Origin: Podarcis cretensis
Lineage: Eukaryota
Length of the DNA: 64,000 bases
Assembly (NCBI GenBank): GCA_951804945.1
Contig: OX638153.1
Coordinates: forward strand, 56,792,001 to 56,856,000
Reading direction: 5' to 3'
Shown: positions 1-36,800 of the stretch, in pieces
How the letters are laid out: each line of letters starts with the position of its first letter
How positions within the stretch are numbered: the stretch's first letter is position 1
The notes under the pieces: model-generated
Databases searched by the model: none
What the model was told of the DNA's origin: nothing
What the model saw: the letters and a program-made list of their open reading frames with translations, nothing else
Program-made: the position numbers and the translations under genes

Positions 1-116
1 GCTGATTTCACACTGCGTAGCTTTTTGGGTGTCACAGACCACACTCTGACAGTGGAGTCGGCAAAGCCTCCAACGATCATGCTAGAGTCATCTGTAATGT
101 CCACTGCTGTAAGGCC
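1..116 (-). CDS. TAF5: TAF5 exon 6 (partial, first WD40 repeat)
   Basis: GLTAVDITDDSSMIVGGFADSTVRVWSVTPKKLRSVKS after an acag acceptor; continues beyond the window edge. Confidence 0.93.
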
Positions 117-3100
117 CTGTTCATGCAAAAATCACCATTGAAGAAGTTTTATATGTGGGCTGAGAATGTAATCACCACACAGTGTTGTTCCCCGAGAATT
201 GGCCATCTACCATTAGTTTTGAACACAGAGGTGAGAATTGCCATATTACAAAATTAACTATACTGTATAGCCATTTTTTTAAAAAAAATGTAAAGCAAAT
301 GTTGCTAAATCTGGGCAGAAGTTTTTTGTTTTTAAAGAAAGGATCCACCTTTTGGCTGGCACTGATTTTTTGTAGTCACCATTTACCCAACCCTCCTGAG
401 TCCTCTGGAAATGCAGAGGACTTGAGAGAAGGGGAAGAGGTTAATTTTCCACTTTACACCAGTATTTGGAGACACTTGAAATAGTGAGACTCCCTTGCTG
501 TCCATCTCTGCCTCCCAACCTGAAGTAAGACAAAGCCTTCCTGCCCATGTTTTGTTCAATAAGTGAAAAGCAGAGAAGGGAAAAAATCTTGCTTCATGTG
601 GGGCAACAACAAGCCATCATTAAAAGTAAAAGATTTGCAGCCACCTATTATTTAAGCAGCCTTCACAAGGCACTTCCACATTTTTGGTATTAACTATGTG
701 TTATATCCTGACTACAACAAGTGGCCTCCCGGCTCCGCATTAGGCAGGTGGTCTCTGTCCAATTTCCTATGATTCCATCTCCCATTGCAGCCCACAACAC
801 TTATTTCCACAGCTGTCCTGAGGGCCAGAGGAGAGAGGATGAAAAACCACACTGTGCAAGCAGCATCCCACTCATGCAAAGTCTGGGCACAATCCATTTT
901 TTAAACTGTGCCAAGATTTGATAGAACAGGTATCTGGGAATGGCTGGATTATACAGCATATGTTTTGCATGCCAAGTTTAACCCTCAACATCTGCAGGTA
1001 GGGCCGGGAGAGAATGGTCTGAAACTGGGGAGCCACCGCTGCAGACAAGCAGTGGAGAATTAAGCCCACCAAGCCTCCCCCGTTTGGTTGAGGCCATTTT
1101 GGCAAAGCCACCTCCAGTTGCCCTCCGTCTAATGTCATACTTTGGTATCACTACCAATCCCACAACTGACCTGGTATGCATTAAGGAATGTGTAGAAACA
1201 AATGGAAGGCAGGCAGTCTGGACCAAGACGTACACGTTTAGTGGCTTCTTTCATATTCATTATTTTGTCCAACTTATCCGAATCCTTTAGCTCAGGAAGC
1301 GGGATTCTGCATACAGAAGAACATACTTAAAACCAAAAACGAAACAAAAGATTCATTGATGCCAGGAAATCACACCTGCACACTGACTGAACAGAGGCCT
1401 AAAAATAACTCAATTTTTGAATGTCTAAGGGGGAAAGAACCCAGAGAACAAGCTCCTTGGGTAGTATTAACTAAAAGATGACAATATTAGGAAAATCATA
1501 ACTCTACCAATTCTTTTACAATATAAGGGAAGTTACTTTTACGAACACCTCCATATTCATAGAGGAAGGTTTTCCTTCAAATGATACAAGCTTTTTACAT
1601 CAGTGCAATGCATCTCCTAATACATGGGTAGGCAAACTAAGGCCCAGGGACTGGATCCGGCCCAATCGCCTTCTAAATCTGGCCCGCGGACAGTCTGGGA
1701 ATCAGCGTGTTTTTACATGAGTAGAATGTGTGATTTTATTTTAAATGCATCTCTAGGTTATTTGTGAGGCATAGGAATTTGTTCATTCCTCCCCACAAAA
1801 AATATAGTCCGACCCCCCACAAGGTATGAGGGACAGTGGACTGGCCCCCTGCTGAAAAAGTTTGCTGACCCCTGTCCTAATAGAAATAGAACCTCCAAAA
1901 CATTTTTTAAGAATCAAATTAACTGAGAAAATGCTTATCAAAATATTGACTATAGTCTAGTTCCTAGATGGTAAACTTTCCTTTGCTCTGTATCACATCA
2001 GAGTGCATGAGGGCTCATATGACTGAATGCTCCTCCATGCAGAAGAAAAAAAAGCCAACCTTCCACACACAAAGTTAGATGTCAGGTAAAAGACCGAGGT
2101 AGAGACCTTTTCTGCGATAGCTAGTTTTCTATTCAGCCATGTCAACTGCCCACTTCAGTCTGAACTGGCGCAGACTAAAGAAGCAAGATGGAAAATGAAT
2201 TGAGACGTTTCTACTTTCAGCATTACCTGGTCTGTGGAGGAGCATTTGGATCTTGCTTTTTACTTTTTGATCCCATGCTGTCTTTTTTTGGCTTCTTCTT
2301 CTTTGGCTTGCCCTCCTCATTTTCCCCCTCTTCATCTTCATCATCCAAAGGCAACTCAATTTCTGGTTCTTTTAGTAAGCCAAAAAAGACCTACAAGCCA
2401 AAAGAAGAAAAGAGTCATGTAATTAAAAAAAGAAAAGTTTAATGAAACAGAGAACTGGTAGAGCAGAATAATAAGTTTTATTAGATCAATGTAATTACTT
2501 TTAAAAATATGAATGTTTCTCTGTGGACCACAACAGCTTTCATTTAAGACATACATCTCTACGAAAAGTGGTCCACCAAAATTCTCAGCAATTTTCAAGT
2601 AATTGGGGGGTGAGGGGTGGGAACAATAGTTAAGTTTTAACTGTGCTTTTAACATGACATGTAAACTGGACCACTAATCTGCCACAGATGTCAGTGACAA
2701 ATGTAACTCCTTAGCTTTTCTGTATCATACATTGAACAAAGGCAGAACATATGAAAACATCTGATGTAAGTCATCAATAATGCCAAGACAATGGTCAGAG
2801 AGATACTTGCCATTTTGGCAAATAAGTGGCACATAAATTTAAACTGCTCTGGAAAATTGGAGATCTATCCAGAACAACATCCAGTTTAGCACAAGGAGCT
2901 GCAGTCAGGAGTAATGATAAGTAAGAGTGCTTAGCTAATTCTTCCTTATCCAGAAGCATACACTGTTAAACCAACTGCAGATCTAAAGAAGCCAAAAACT
3001 CTCATAGAACTGACAACCATCCCTGACAAAATGTTCATGATGTTAGATATTTATCAACTTCATACCTTTGCTTTATTAGCCTCCCGTTTTGCCTCTCCTG

Positions 3101-5631
3101 CCAAACTTCCCACCATAGCATCAATCTGTTGTTTACTGCGAGGCATTCCATCAAAGATATCAATGTAAAGATGTTCCTGAACAATATTCCAGATCTGATT
3201 GTTCTGTTTTTCCTGAAGGTGTCTCTTCAATAGCTGATAAGAATCTCGGGAAATTCGCAGCACAAACTTGCTCGTTCGAAAATCCAGCATTGTCTCATTC
3301 CCTCTCATGTGCTCTTTTTTGGTTAAACTTGATAGTACACGCAAGTCATCTTGATAATAACACTCCTGATCTCCATGAAACCTAGAAAAAGGTTAGAATC
3401 ATACATAAGATATGTAGGGGGACAACTGTCGAAACAACTTAAGTTCTGTGATCTTCAGCAGAACACATTTTTTATTTTTCTATATTCACACATGACATCT
3501 ATGTACTATCACCATCTTATATTTAATGTCTCTAAAAATTATGTTTTATCAATAGTTCAGTTATGTTAAAAATTCATTTCAATTGAATTTTTCACTCCCC
3601 TAACTGCTTTTATCTCGTAATTTCTTTGATTATCTAAGGGTGAGATCCAGCATAGTGCAAGTGGGTGCTTCTTCCTCGTCTACATCTGCCTCTCTCCTCC
3701 GCCCCCCCCCCCAAAAAAAATCTGCTCTGGAGGCTGAGGAGAAGAAAAACTAAGTCCTGTTGCACAAGCAAGCGGACATCATTCTACGTCACCCTTAATG
3801 TCCCAGATCTTTCTCAATCAATTGCTGGTGCAGTCAGTCTAGCAGAACATCTTGAAATAGCAGTAATTTAATAAACTACTTGACTTTCAAGGTAAACCCT
3901 TATTACATAGTTCATTATACCATAAGAAAGCCACAATTCCAAAGCACAGAAGCACAGGTGCTGTGAGAAATAGCTAGCTTTTACAAGCAGCAACCTTTTG
4001 TATTAGCTCATAAAACCAGAATGGACAAGGCTGGAAAAAACATTTCAGATTCCTAAGTAACCACATAAATGTTTAGGAATTCAAGTACCAAATACCTAGG
4101 ATTTTCCAGCCTTGGGCACAGGTAATTTTCCTCTGAAGAGGCCATGTATATATTCGCTTGCTGCCCATAACAGGAGACAATGCAGAGTATTTCATTGGTT
4201 CAACTCCCTTAAGTCATTGAAATGAGCAATGTTATCAAATGGTTCAGGCCTAGAAGTTTCAGAACTTTACAGACATCACTAGAGCTGGCATTTAACCTCA
4301 TACTTAAACAAATTAGCACACACATAAATGCTGCCTCATAAGAATAATAATTAGTCATTGGAATGCAATAATCTATGTAATAACTGGGAATGTCTTAAGT
4401 CATGTTATATGGCATCTATAAATATCCTCCTAAAATATTGCATATATTTTGTGGTTGCAGGCATCCAGTAGCCCACACTTGCAGGAAAGACCTAACTGCC
4501 AGGAGAGGGGCTTAAAAATATTTCAGCATCTCAGGATTATTTTGTTCCTCCTCTGGATGCCTGCCATAGCGTAAATGTTACAGGCGCTACTTCCAGTTCA
4601 CACACTTTAACTCAGAACATCTGCAACCAACAAATTTATAGATTTATCTAGCTAATAGTGAGAACATGAAAATGGAGACTAAATGAACAAAATGGTATTA
4701 CTTTTCAAAGAAGGACTTTGCTTCATTTTCATGCCCATTGTAGACTAGCTCCAAGTACATATGTACAAAGAGAGGATAAAAAAGCTGTGATAACTCAGCT
4801 CGATGACAGTCCAGAGCACATTCAATGAAGTGTTTCAGTCCACTGTAGTACTCTTCATAAAGCGCTGGGTCTCCTTGCTGATTGTAGGCAGACAGTACTG
4901 CACTTACATCTGGCTGGTCTTCCACAAAGACTCCAACTGCTAGGCATTAACATATAAAGGGTAAATCAATGTTTGCACTCTGTGTAACTATTTCAGTTCT
5001 AAACTGTGTAAGCTTCTTGAGACAATAACCTCTTTCCCCTTTATACTGCTGCATAAATTTTCGTGTACAGCAACAGTGCTATTTTTATCACTTTCAATAA
5101 GTAATGACACGGAGCAAATGACTAAGAAACATGCTGCAACAAATTTCTTTTCAACTAAATGTTTACATGAAAAATTGACATCATTCAATCATACCCTAAG
5201 CTCAATTGTACTATTACAATCCAGGATCAAATATCATTCATAAGCAGGTTATGCAGTCAGTATAGCCCCTTACCTACAACTCCTATCATCCCATGCCATT
5301 GGTCATGCTAGTTAAGGCTGATGGGAGTTCTGCTCTACAGAATATTCTATTAGTGGCGCCAATTCCTCCTATTATACTACTTCCCAAAATGTAGTTATAA
5401 AAGGTGATAACTAAGTCTCTCACCTAGTTATTTTGAAACTGAAGCTGTAGCCTACACTTTGTATTCCTTCTGTATTATGTGTGGTTTTAAATCTAATTTT
5501 ACTGTAGACTTTGATTGCTTGGGAGAATAAAAATATAAACAACAGCTTTATAGGAGTGCCCCAAAACAGCAAGCCGATTAACAAAAACAAAAAAAAAAGT
5601 TAATATATACAGTAATGTGTACTCCAAGATG

Positions 5632-5671
<40 letters not shown>

Positions 5672-6515
5672 TTATTTATACCCCACCCATCTGGCTGGGT
5701 TTCCTCAGCCACTCTGAGCGGCTTCCAACAAAATATTAAAATACACTAGTCTGTCAAACATTTAAAAGCTTCCCTAAACACGTAAATTGGTCAAGTCATT
5801 ACCATTCGCAGAACAAATCCTTTGCAATAATACTAGGTGATCACAGCATGCGAATTTAAAAACTGGATTTTGACCTCAGCTGTCACAAAGCAGCCAGTGC
5901 AAATGTGAAAGGTCCCTCCTGCGAGCGACCCCCTCGCTCACCTTTCCCAGGTGGCCCCAAGGCCACTGCGGGAGGCGCCGCGGCAGCGCCCGGAGAGATG
6001 GTGGCCCCGCTCTGGCCAAAGGTGACCGAGCTGAGCAGCACATCCCCAGAGCCGGGGGCGCCGCCGCCGGGCTCCTGCCCTTCCCCGCCATGGGACGCCT
6101 GGACTCCGGGCGCCGAGGAGCCGGGATCCGCCGCGACCTCGTCGGCGAGCAGCCGGGCCTCCCTGCGGAGGATCTCCTCGGACTCGCGGAGGTTGCTGCG
6201 CCTCAGGAACTGCAGCACAGCCAGCAGCGTCTGCCGGTCGGTGGGCAGCTGCGAAGCGGGCGGCGCAGGGCTGGGCGCCACCGGCGGCTTCGCGTCGGCT
6301 CCTGCCGCCAACGGCTCGCCCCCTTCCGCTAGAGGAGCGGCGGCCGAGGGGGCAGAGGGAGCGGCAGCGACTCCCGCTGCCGCCGTCGCTCCCGCTGCTG
6401 CGGCCGGCGACTGAGGGAGAGCGGGAGGAGGAGGGGGTGGCGCCGGCGGCGCTCCCGCGTCGGGGTCCGGCTTCACTGTGACTGCTTCGGCCGGCTCCTC
6501 CGGCAGAGCCGCCAT
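1..6515 (-). CDS. TAF5: TFIID subunit 5, spliced gene, 3' part outside the window: join(5942..6515, 4702..4936, 3066..3381, 2227..2390, 1171..1306, <1..116)
   Basis: Joined translation MAALPEE...DRQTLLAVLQFLRRSNLRESEE...EDQPDVSAVLSAYNQQGDP...FYTFLNAYQ|GLTAVDITDDSS matches vertebrate TAF5 (LisH-like/NTD2 region and first WD40). All introns are GT-AG with compatible phases. Confidence 0.97.
1171..1306 (-). CDS. TAF5: TAF5 exon 5
   Basis: IPLPELKDSDKLDKIMNMKEATKRVRLGPDCLPSICFYTFLNAYQ; tgcag acceptor, gtcagt donor. Confidence 0.95.
1623..1874. mobile_element. Non-autonomous hAT (Charlie-type) MITE
   Basis: TIRs CATGGGTAGGCAAACT and AGTTTGCTGACCCCTG; perfect 8-bp TSD TCCTAATA. Confidence 0.88.
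2227..2390 (-). CDS. TAF5: TAF5 exon 4
   Basis: VFFGLLKEPEIELPLDDEDEEGENEEGKPKKKKPKKDSMGSKSKKQDPNAPPQT; ttgtag acceptor, gtaatg donor. Confidence 0.95.
3066..3381 (-). CDS. TAF5: TAF5 exon 3
   Basis: FHGDQECYYQDDLRVLSSLTKKEHMRGNETMLDFRTSK...AKREANKAK; tttttctag acceptor, gtatga donor. Confidence 0.95.
4702..4936 (-). CDS. TAF5: TAF5 exon 2
   Basis: VGVFVEDQPDVSAVLSAYNQQGDPALYEEYYSGLKHFIEC...KSFFEK; acceptor tagcag (start 4936 or 4939); donor gtaata. Confidence 0.93.
5632..5780 (-). mobile_element. L2-type 3' tail with (AAT)n microsatellite
   Basis: About 13 AAT units followed by tataccccacccatctggctggg...ccagccactctgagcggct-like stem-loop tail sequence. Confidence 0.6.
5942..6515 (-). CDS. 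TAF5: TAF5 exon 1 (Ala/Pro-rich N-terminus)
   Basis: ATG at 6515 (MAALPEE); ends GPPGK+G|gtgagc; GC-rich CpG island. Confidence 0.93.
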
Positions 6516-7631
6516 AATGGAACCCGACAGCCTCGCCTCCAACTCAGGCAGCCCGCGGCTTTGCGACAGTGAGGGCACGGTATCCAGCCGTGAGGCCAAG
6601 GGCTGCTAGCGACAATTAGGGCGGCGCTTTACGGCACTTCCTGTTCCACTGGAGGGAAATGATTTCAAATAGAATACTGTACTGTAAAATAAAAGGAGAA
6701 CTATCTAGCGCAGGTAAATGCTCCCGATGATTCTGCGACCGTTTACAAGTTTACAAGAGATTATAGGTGCGGCTTGTACAGAGGGGTCTATTCCCCAGTT
6801 GTATATATCCTATGACAAATATAACAGGTGAAAAGTGTAACGTATACCACATTTTAAGTTGTCAGTGAGCAGGATTCTGAGATGTCTTTGAGAGAGTTCT
6901 GTGAAACTCGAATGGTGGTGTATTTCTGTCTTTTGCACCCTCACACACTTAAAAGCCAATTTTACCCAACGTGTTGGCTATTTTATTGATTTAGCTGAAC
7001 CTCGGGATATTATATAATCCCCTTCTGTAAATGATTTTTCATATCGAGTGACTAAAAAGTCAAATATGTAACAATAATGATGTTGTGCAAGCACTAAATA
7101 CTGACCCTTTCACCAACACTGGCATCAGAATGATTTCACTATGCACCCATTTAAATTGTCTAATCAAAACTGTTATTAAGCAGTAGCGAGCGTTAAGTTT
7201 AAGAAAACCATCTTATGTATTTTATTACAATAGGAATCAAAATTCAGTTTTAAGACCAAGTGCTGCTGTATTGATGTCGTTGTTATATATTTATTTGTAC
7301 CCCGCCTTTTCCCGTAAATGGAACTCAAGGCGGCTTACAGGTAAAAAAAACCTGGCTCACCGTTGCGAGAGAGAGAAAAAACTCAGTTTCCCAGAGTACA
7401 TAGGGGTTGTATATGAACGAGGCAGATGCCCTAGAAGTCAATAGGGCTTTGCGCACGCGCCTTGAAGCTGTAGTCACGTTTAGGGAAGGATCATAGAGAT
7501 AGGAAAGAAAGGACAGGAATAGTTCCTTTGGGTGTGAACTGCGTTCGCCCTCGCCGCCCCCCAGGCACTTCCTCGGTTGCTCCTTGTCGGTCGAAGCGGC
7601 CCGTGCATTTGTTTCCCTCAAAGGCGCGGCG
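6516..7631. promoter_or_regulatory. Divergent promoter region shared by TAF5 and PCGF6
   Basis: Start codons diverge about 1.1 kb apart. There are two CpG-rich flanks, with a GC box and ETS-like CACTTCCTG near 6619-6644 and an NRF1-like TGCGCACGCGC at 7450-7460, separated by an AT-rich core. Confidence 0.7.
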
Positions 7632-32902
<25,271 letters not shown>

Positions 32903-33888
32903 AATCCAACATGGAGGGGCTTTGAAGAAACAAATGGTCCTCATTCTGGGAAGTGCATGATGAACATTAATGCACAGTTTTCACTCTGCATAGTAAGTTA
33001 GAATCTGAAAAAGGAATGCTGTAAAGTAAGTACAGCTATAAATACTGCAGTGCTGTTATGTCATTAACACCTAGCTAGTTCAGGGAAGAGCAACTGTGTC
33101 AAGATGACTGGATTTGTCTTAAATGCCATTTGTGTATTGGCAGCACTGACTCCCAGGACTTAAGCTTGAAACCAGTATTTATCTGAAAGACAGTTTCACT
33201 GGTGTTCTCAGGGATTATCTCCAGTGTGCAGTGTTTTATTGGAAAAGATGTGTTCTTCTCAGAGACGTTTATTGTACACTAATGGTACTGGTTTAGAAAT
33301 AGGAAAGGGAAACCTTTCAGTTGTGTGCCTAAAATGGGGGGGGGGGGATAATCACCTTTCAAAAAACCGCAAGCATTGTATCTCATGGTTTATGTGAGTA
33401 ATAGCATTAAAACATGCAATATCCTATAAATTTGTTAAAATTGGAGAGAAATTGTGTGCATGTTAACTAGACACCAGAATACTGATGGTACTCACACAGC
33501 GTGGATGTGACAGTAGATTGGACAGGGCTGCCTTTGAGGTCCCTTTGGAAGGCATCATGCATCATTATATTCCTATTGAAGACGATAACCAGACTTTGTT
33601 CTATGAAAGTCTATCAGAAGGACGGCAGTAACCTTTCTCTATCCCCTTCTACTTTCCTTTAAGCCCACTTCTTCTTCTGGTCTGCAGTCACTACCATGTT
33701 TGCCTTTGTCCCTTGCAGCCTCTGCCCTAGCTCCCCTTCTTGCAGATGTTCCACTATATTCTACTCCCTCCCCCCAGCTTTTGTTTTGCCACCTTTGTAG
33801 AAAATGACTATGTCTGTCCCCTTCCATGCATATGAGCTTGAGACTACGCCCTGTGTTTTCCAGCCAGTAGTAGTAATGCCCTGTGAAC

Positions 33889-33894
33889 AATAAA
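33889..33894 (+). terminator. Candidate PCGF6 polyadenylation signal AATAAA
   Basis: AATAAA about 1 kb after the stop codon; nearby ATTAAA hexamers are alternatives, and use cannot be shown from sequence. Confidence 0.3.
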
Positions 33895-36800
33895 AAAAGC
33901 TCTGGTTAAAGAACAACACGATGAAGGAGTTCATTTTTAACATTTCCTGTAACCTAGCCACAGCAATGGTCTTAGTACAAAGATTTCATTAAACCTTGCT
34001 ATACAATGCTTAGTCTTCAACTTTTGCAGACCCAGAATCCACCATTAACCCAAACATGCACCTGGGGATCCATTTCATAGTTTTTAACCAAAAATTTATC
34101 TAGTAGTGCTGCTGTTGTAACCTCCCTTAGACCAGGCTGTGATATAAAGTGCAAGTGTAAGAAACCCGTGGCCTTTTAGATGACCTTGGACTCCAACTCC
34201 CATCAGCCCCAGCCCTTGTGGCCAGTAGAGACGGATGGTGGGAATTGTAATCCAGCAACATCAAGAGGGCCACAAGTTCCCCATCCCTGTGATAGTGGTT
34301 CCCAAACCACCAGTTGAAGATCAATGGCTTAATCCATTATCACACAGGCAGCAAACAAAGTTTATGCAGTTGGAGCGATAGATGGAAGACACATTACTGA
34401 TGCAACTCCCGTGCCTCTATAGAAGGTGTCAGATTTTCTTTTGCTAATTTTTAATTCATTACCTGTGTACTTAAAGATTCTGTCCTATTGTGGAACTGCT
34501 ACTCCATAGTCTTAAAGAGGCTTAGATGTGCATTTATGGTGACCGGAAAAGCTAGTTTTTAGACCAAATGTGTGTTGAAGGGTTTTGCTTTTGAAAATGC
34601 CTTTATGAATTCAATTTTGTTACAATAAATTTTTGATGTGGGGATATTCATAAATATCTACCTGTTTTATATTCAAAATATCCAGTTTGCGTTCAGTATT
34701 TCTAAAAACAACAGAATGGAACAAAAAATTATTTTTGTAAATATTTTTGTCTAATGTTTTAAGGGATGAAATATTTAAAGTGTTAAAAAGTAGAAGCCTT
34801 CCAAAACTAAAAAAGAAAAGAAAAGAGGAAGTATAATAAACATGCTGGAAAAGCAAAACTAGCAGGCAAGTGAAAAAGAATTTGAGGCGCATATTGCTAA
34901 AAGAAGGAATTCAACAAAGCACTATGGCAATAGTTCTGTCAGCACAAACATTTCAGTTTGCCAGACAGAACAATACCCCCTATCTTTCCCCTGCATGCTA
35001 TTCTGGGGTTTCTCCCAAAACTCCCCCTGAGCCAGCTGGAGGGGCAGTGGAAGAGGCAGAAAAGCCCTGTTTTGCTAGCTAGCCACTTGTGGGGGCCTCC
35101 ATTAGTGTGACGTGTTAGTTGAATCCCACTCAAAACAATGAACAGAACACGGAAGTACATTAGAGACAGGAAAATAGCCAGGGTGATATTTGGATCATTA
35201 CATAGCAAAGATACAGTAAGACATGATTACTAAAGAAAGGTAGATAAATTAATTCTATTATTTGCTTTGAACTTCAGTGTGGAAGATGGTGGGCAGGTGC
35301 TATGTCTCATTCCCCCACCTACCCCAAGAAGGGTATCTGAAAAACAAAGCTAAATAGAAGTGATGAAAACTGAAGTTGTAGAACTATCTACAAATCACTG
35401 GGTCCAATTGAATATTTTCTAACAAAAATATTAAATTTGTTTAAAATTCAGCTGACAGGAAGGTAACTAATGAAACATTGATTTGCAAAAGGGTTTAAGA
35501 GGAAAGGCCATTGCCTTAAATATATTAGAGCTATTATTATGCAACATAGAAGAACATGCCTTGCTGAGAGAGAATCAACATGGCTTCTCCAAAAGGGCTT
35601 TAAATTGAACCTAGAAACAGCTGCTCTGGGCTTTAACATGAACCTGGAAACAAATGGGTAACCAGTGCATTTGTTTTCATCCTTCTGCCTCGCCTTCATT
35701 CTGGATGCTTCAAGTAATTGGGTCCCATAAAATGTCATAATTTCTAATGTGGCTATTGTGGTAAAGTGATTTTGGGGGGTGAGTGGGGGCACTGATAGAG
35801 CTCCTTGCCAGAGACACAAGGGACCCTAGGTACACCTTTGTAAGAACCAGTGCTGCTAAAGCTTTACACCAGTATTTATTTATTTTTGGAAAATAAATAG
35901 TGAAACAATTCCCCCACCCAAATTAACAATGCAATGAAATTTTCTAGTGCTTTCCAACTGTTTCTATCTATTTGATACTGCTGCCTCCAATGTGAGTATA
36001 CCATACAGTGGTATAATCATTATGGCAGATGTAAGAGCCTTTGTAGCATGTTAATAGCCCCGGCTAAGTTTTGGGTTTGCTTATCACTGATATAGTAGTT
36101 CTCCTGTTTTATGATCTATGTTTATAATTGTGGTTTTAATTAACTGTTACATCCTGACCTGGGGTTGCTTTGTAATGCAGGGCAGGCTAAAAATATTTTA
36201 AAATAAATAAATTGGTAACACCTGGATTCCTACTCTCTTTTATTGTAGAATGAAACTTCATTCATATGGTCAAGAAACCAAAGTTCTCTTTCACATTTTT
36301 TTTCAAGACTAAATTGTAATGCATGAGGCCCTTAGGCTTGAGGACAGCTGAGCATACCCTGTGTCAGACTGTTTTAAGGCTGGTTGTCTGGTGACAGAGA
36401 GGTAGGATCACATGTTTTTGTTCAGCAATAAACTGTCCATGTTAAGGGGAGGCTGCAGATGTGAGAGTCTTTTTGTATTGGCTCTTCAATGTCACTTGAT
36501 TTCTCGGGCCAGGAAAATTATGTGGTGGTGTGAGAATGCCCTAGCTATAATTACCCTAGACTGTAATCTCAAAGCTCTTTTGTCTATGTATGCATATCCA
36601 ATTTCCAAGAATACTTTGCAAGTGAACTGTACCAGATTTACTCTACTATGTGTACAGGGTCTTCTTGGGGTTGGGATGTGTGGATGTTCTGTGTAACCTT
36701 GAAGCCAAGCATTGTCAATTCTTGATTTATTTGAGCAAAAGTGTTAAGGAGCATTCATACACAGGAAAAAGTAACTTGCCTTGAGACTTTGTGCCCAATG

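Noticed and set aside
6516-6599. N-terminal extension of TAF5 in the ORF track (MASRLDTVPS...)
   Set aside because: Starts at a non-ATG codon; homology to TAF5 begins at ATG 6515 (MAAL).
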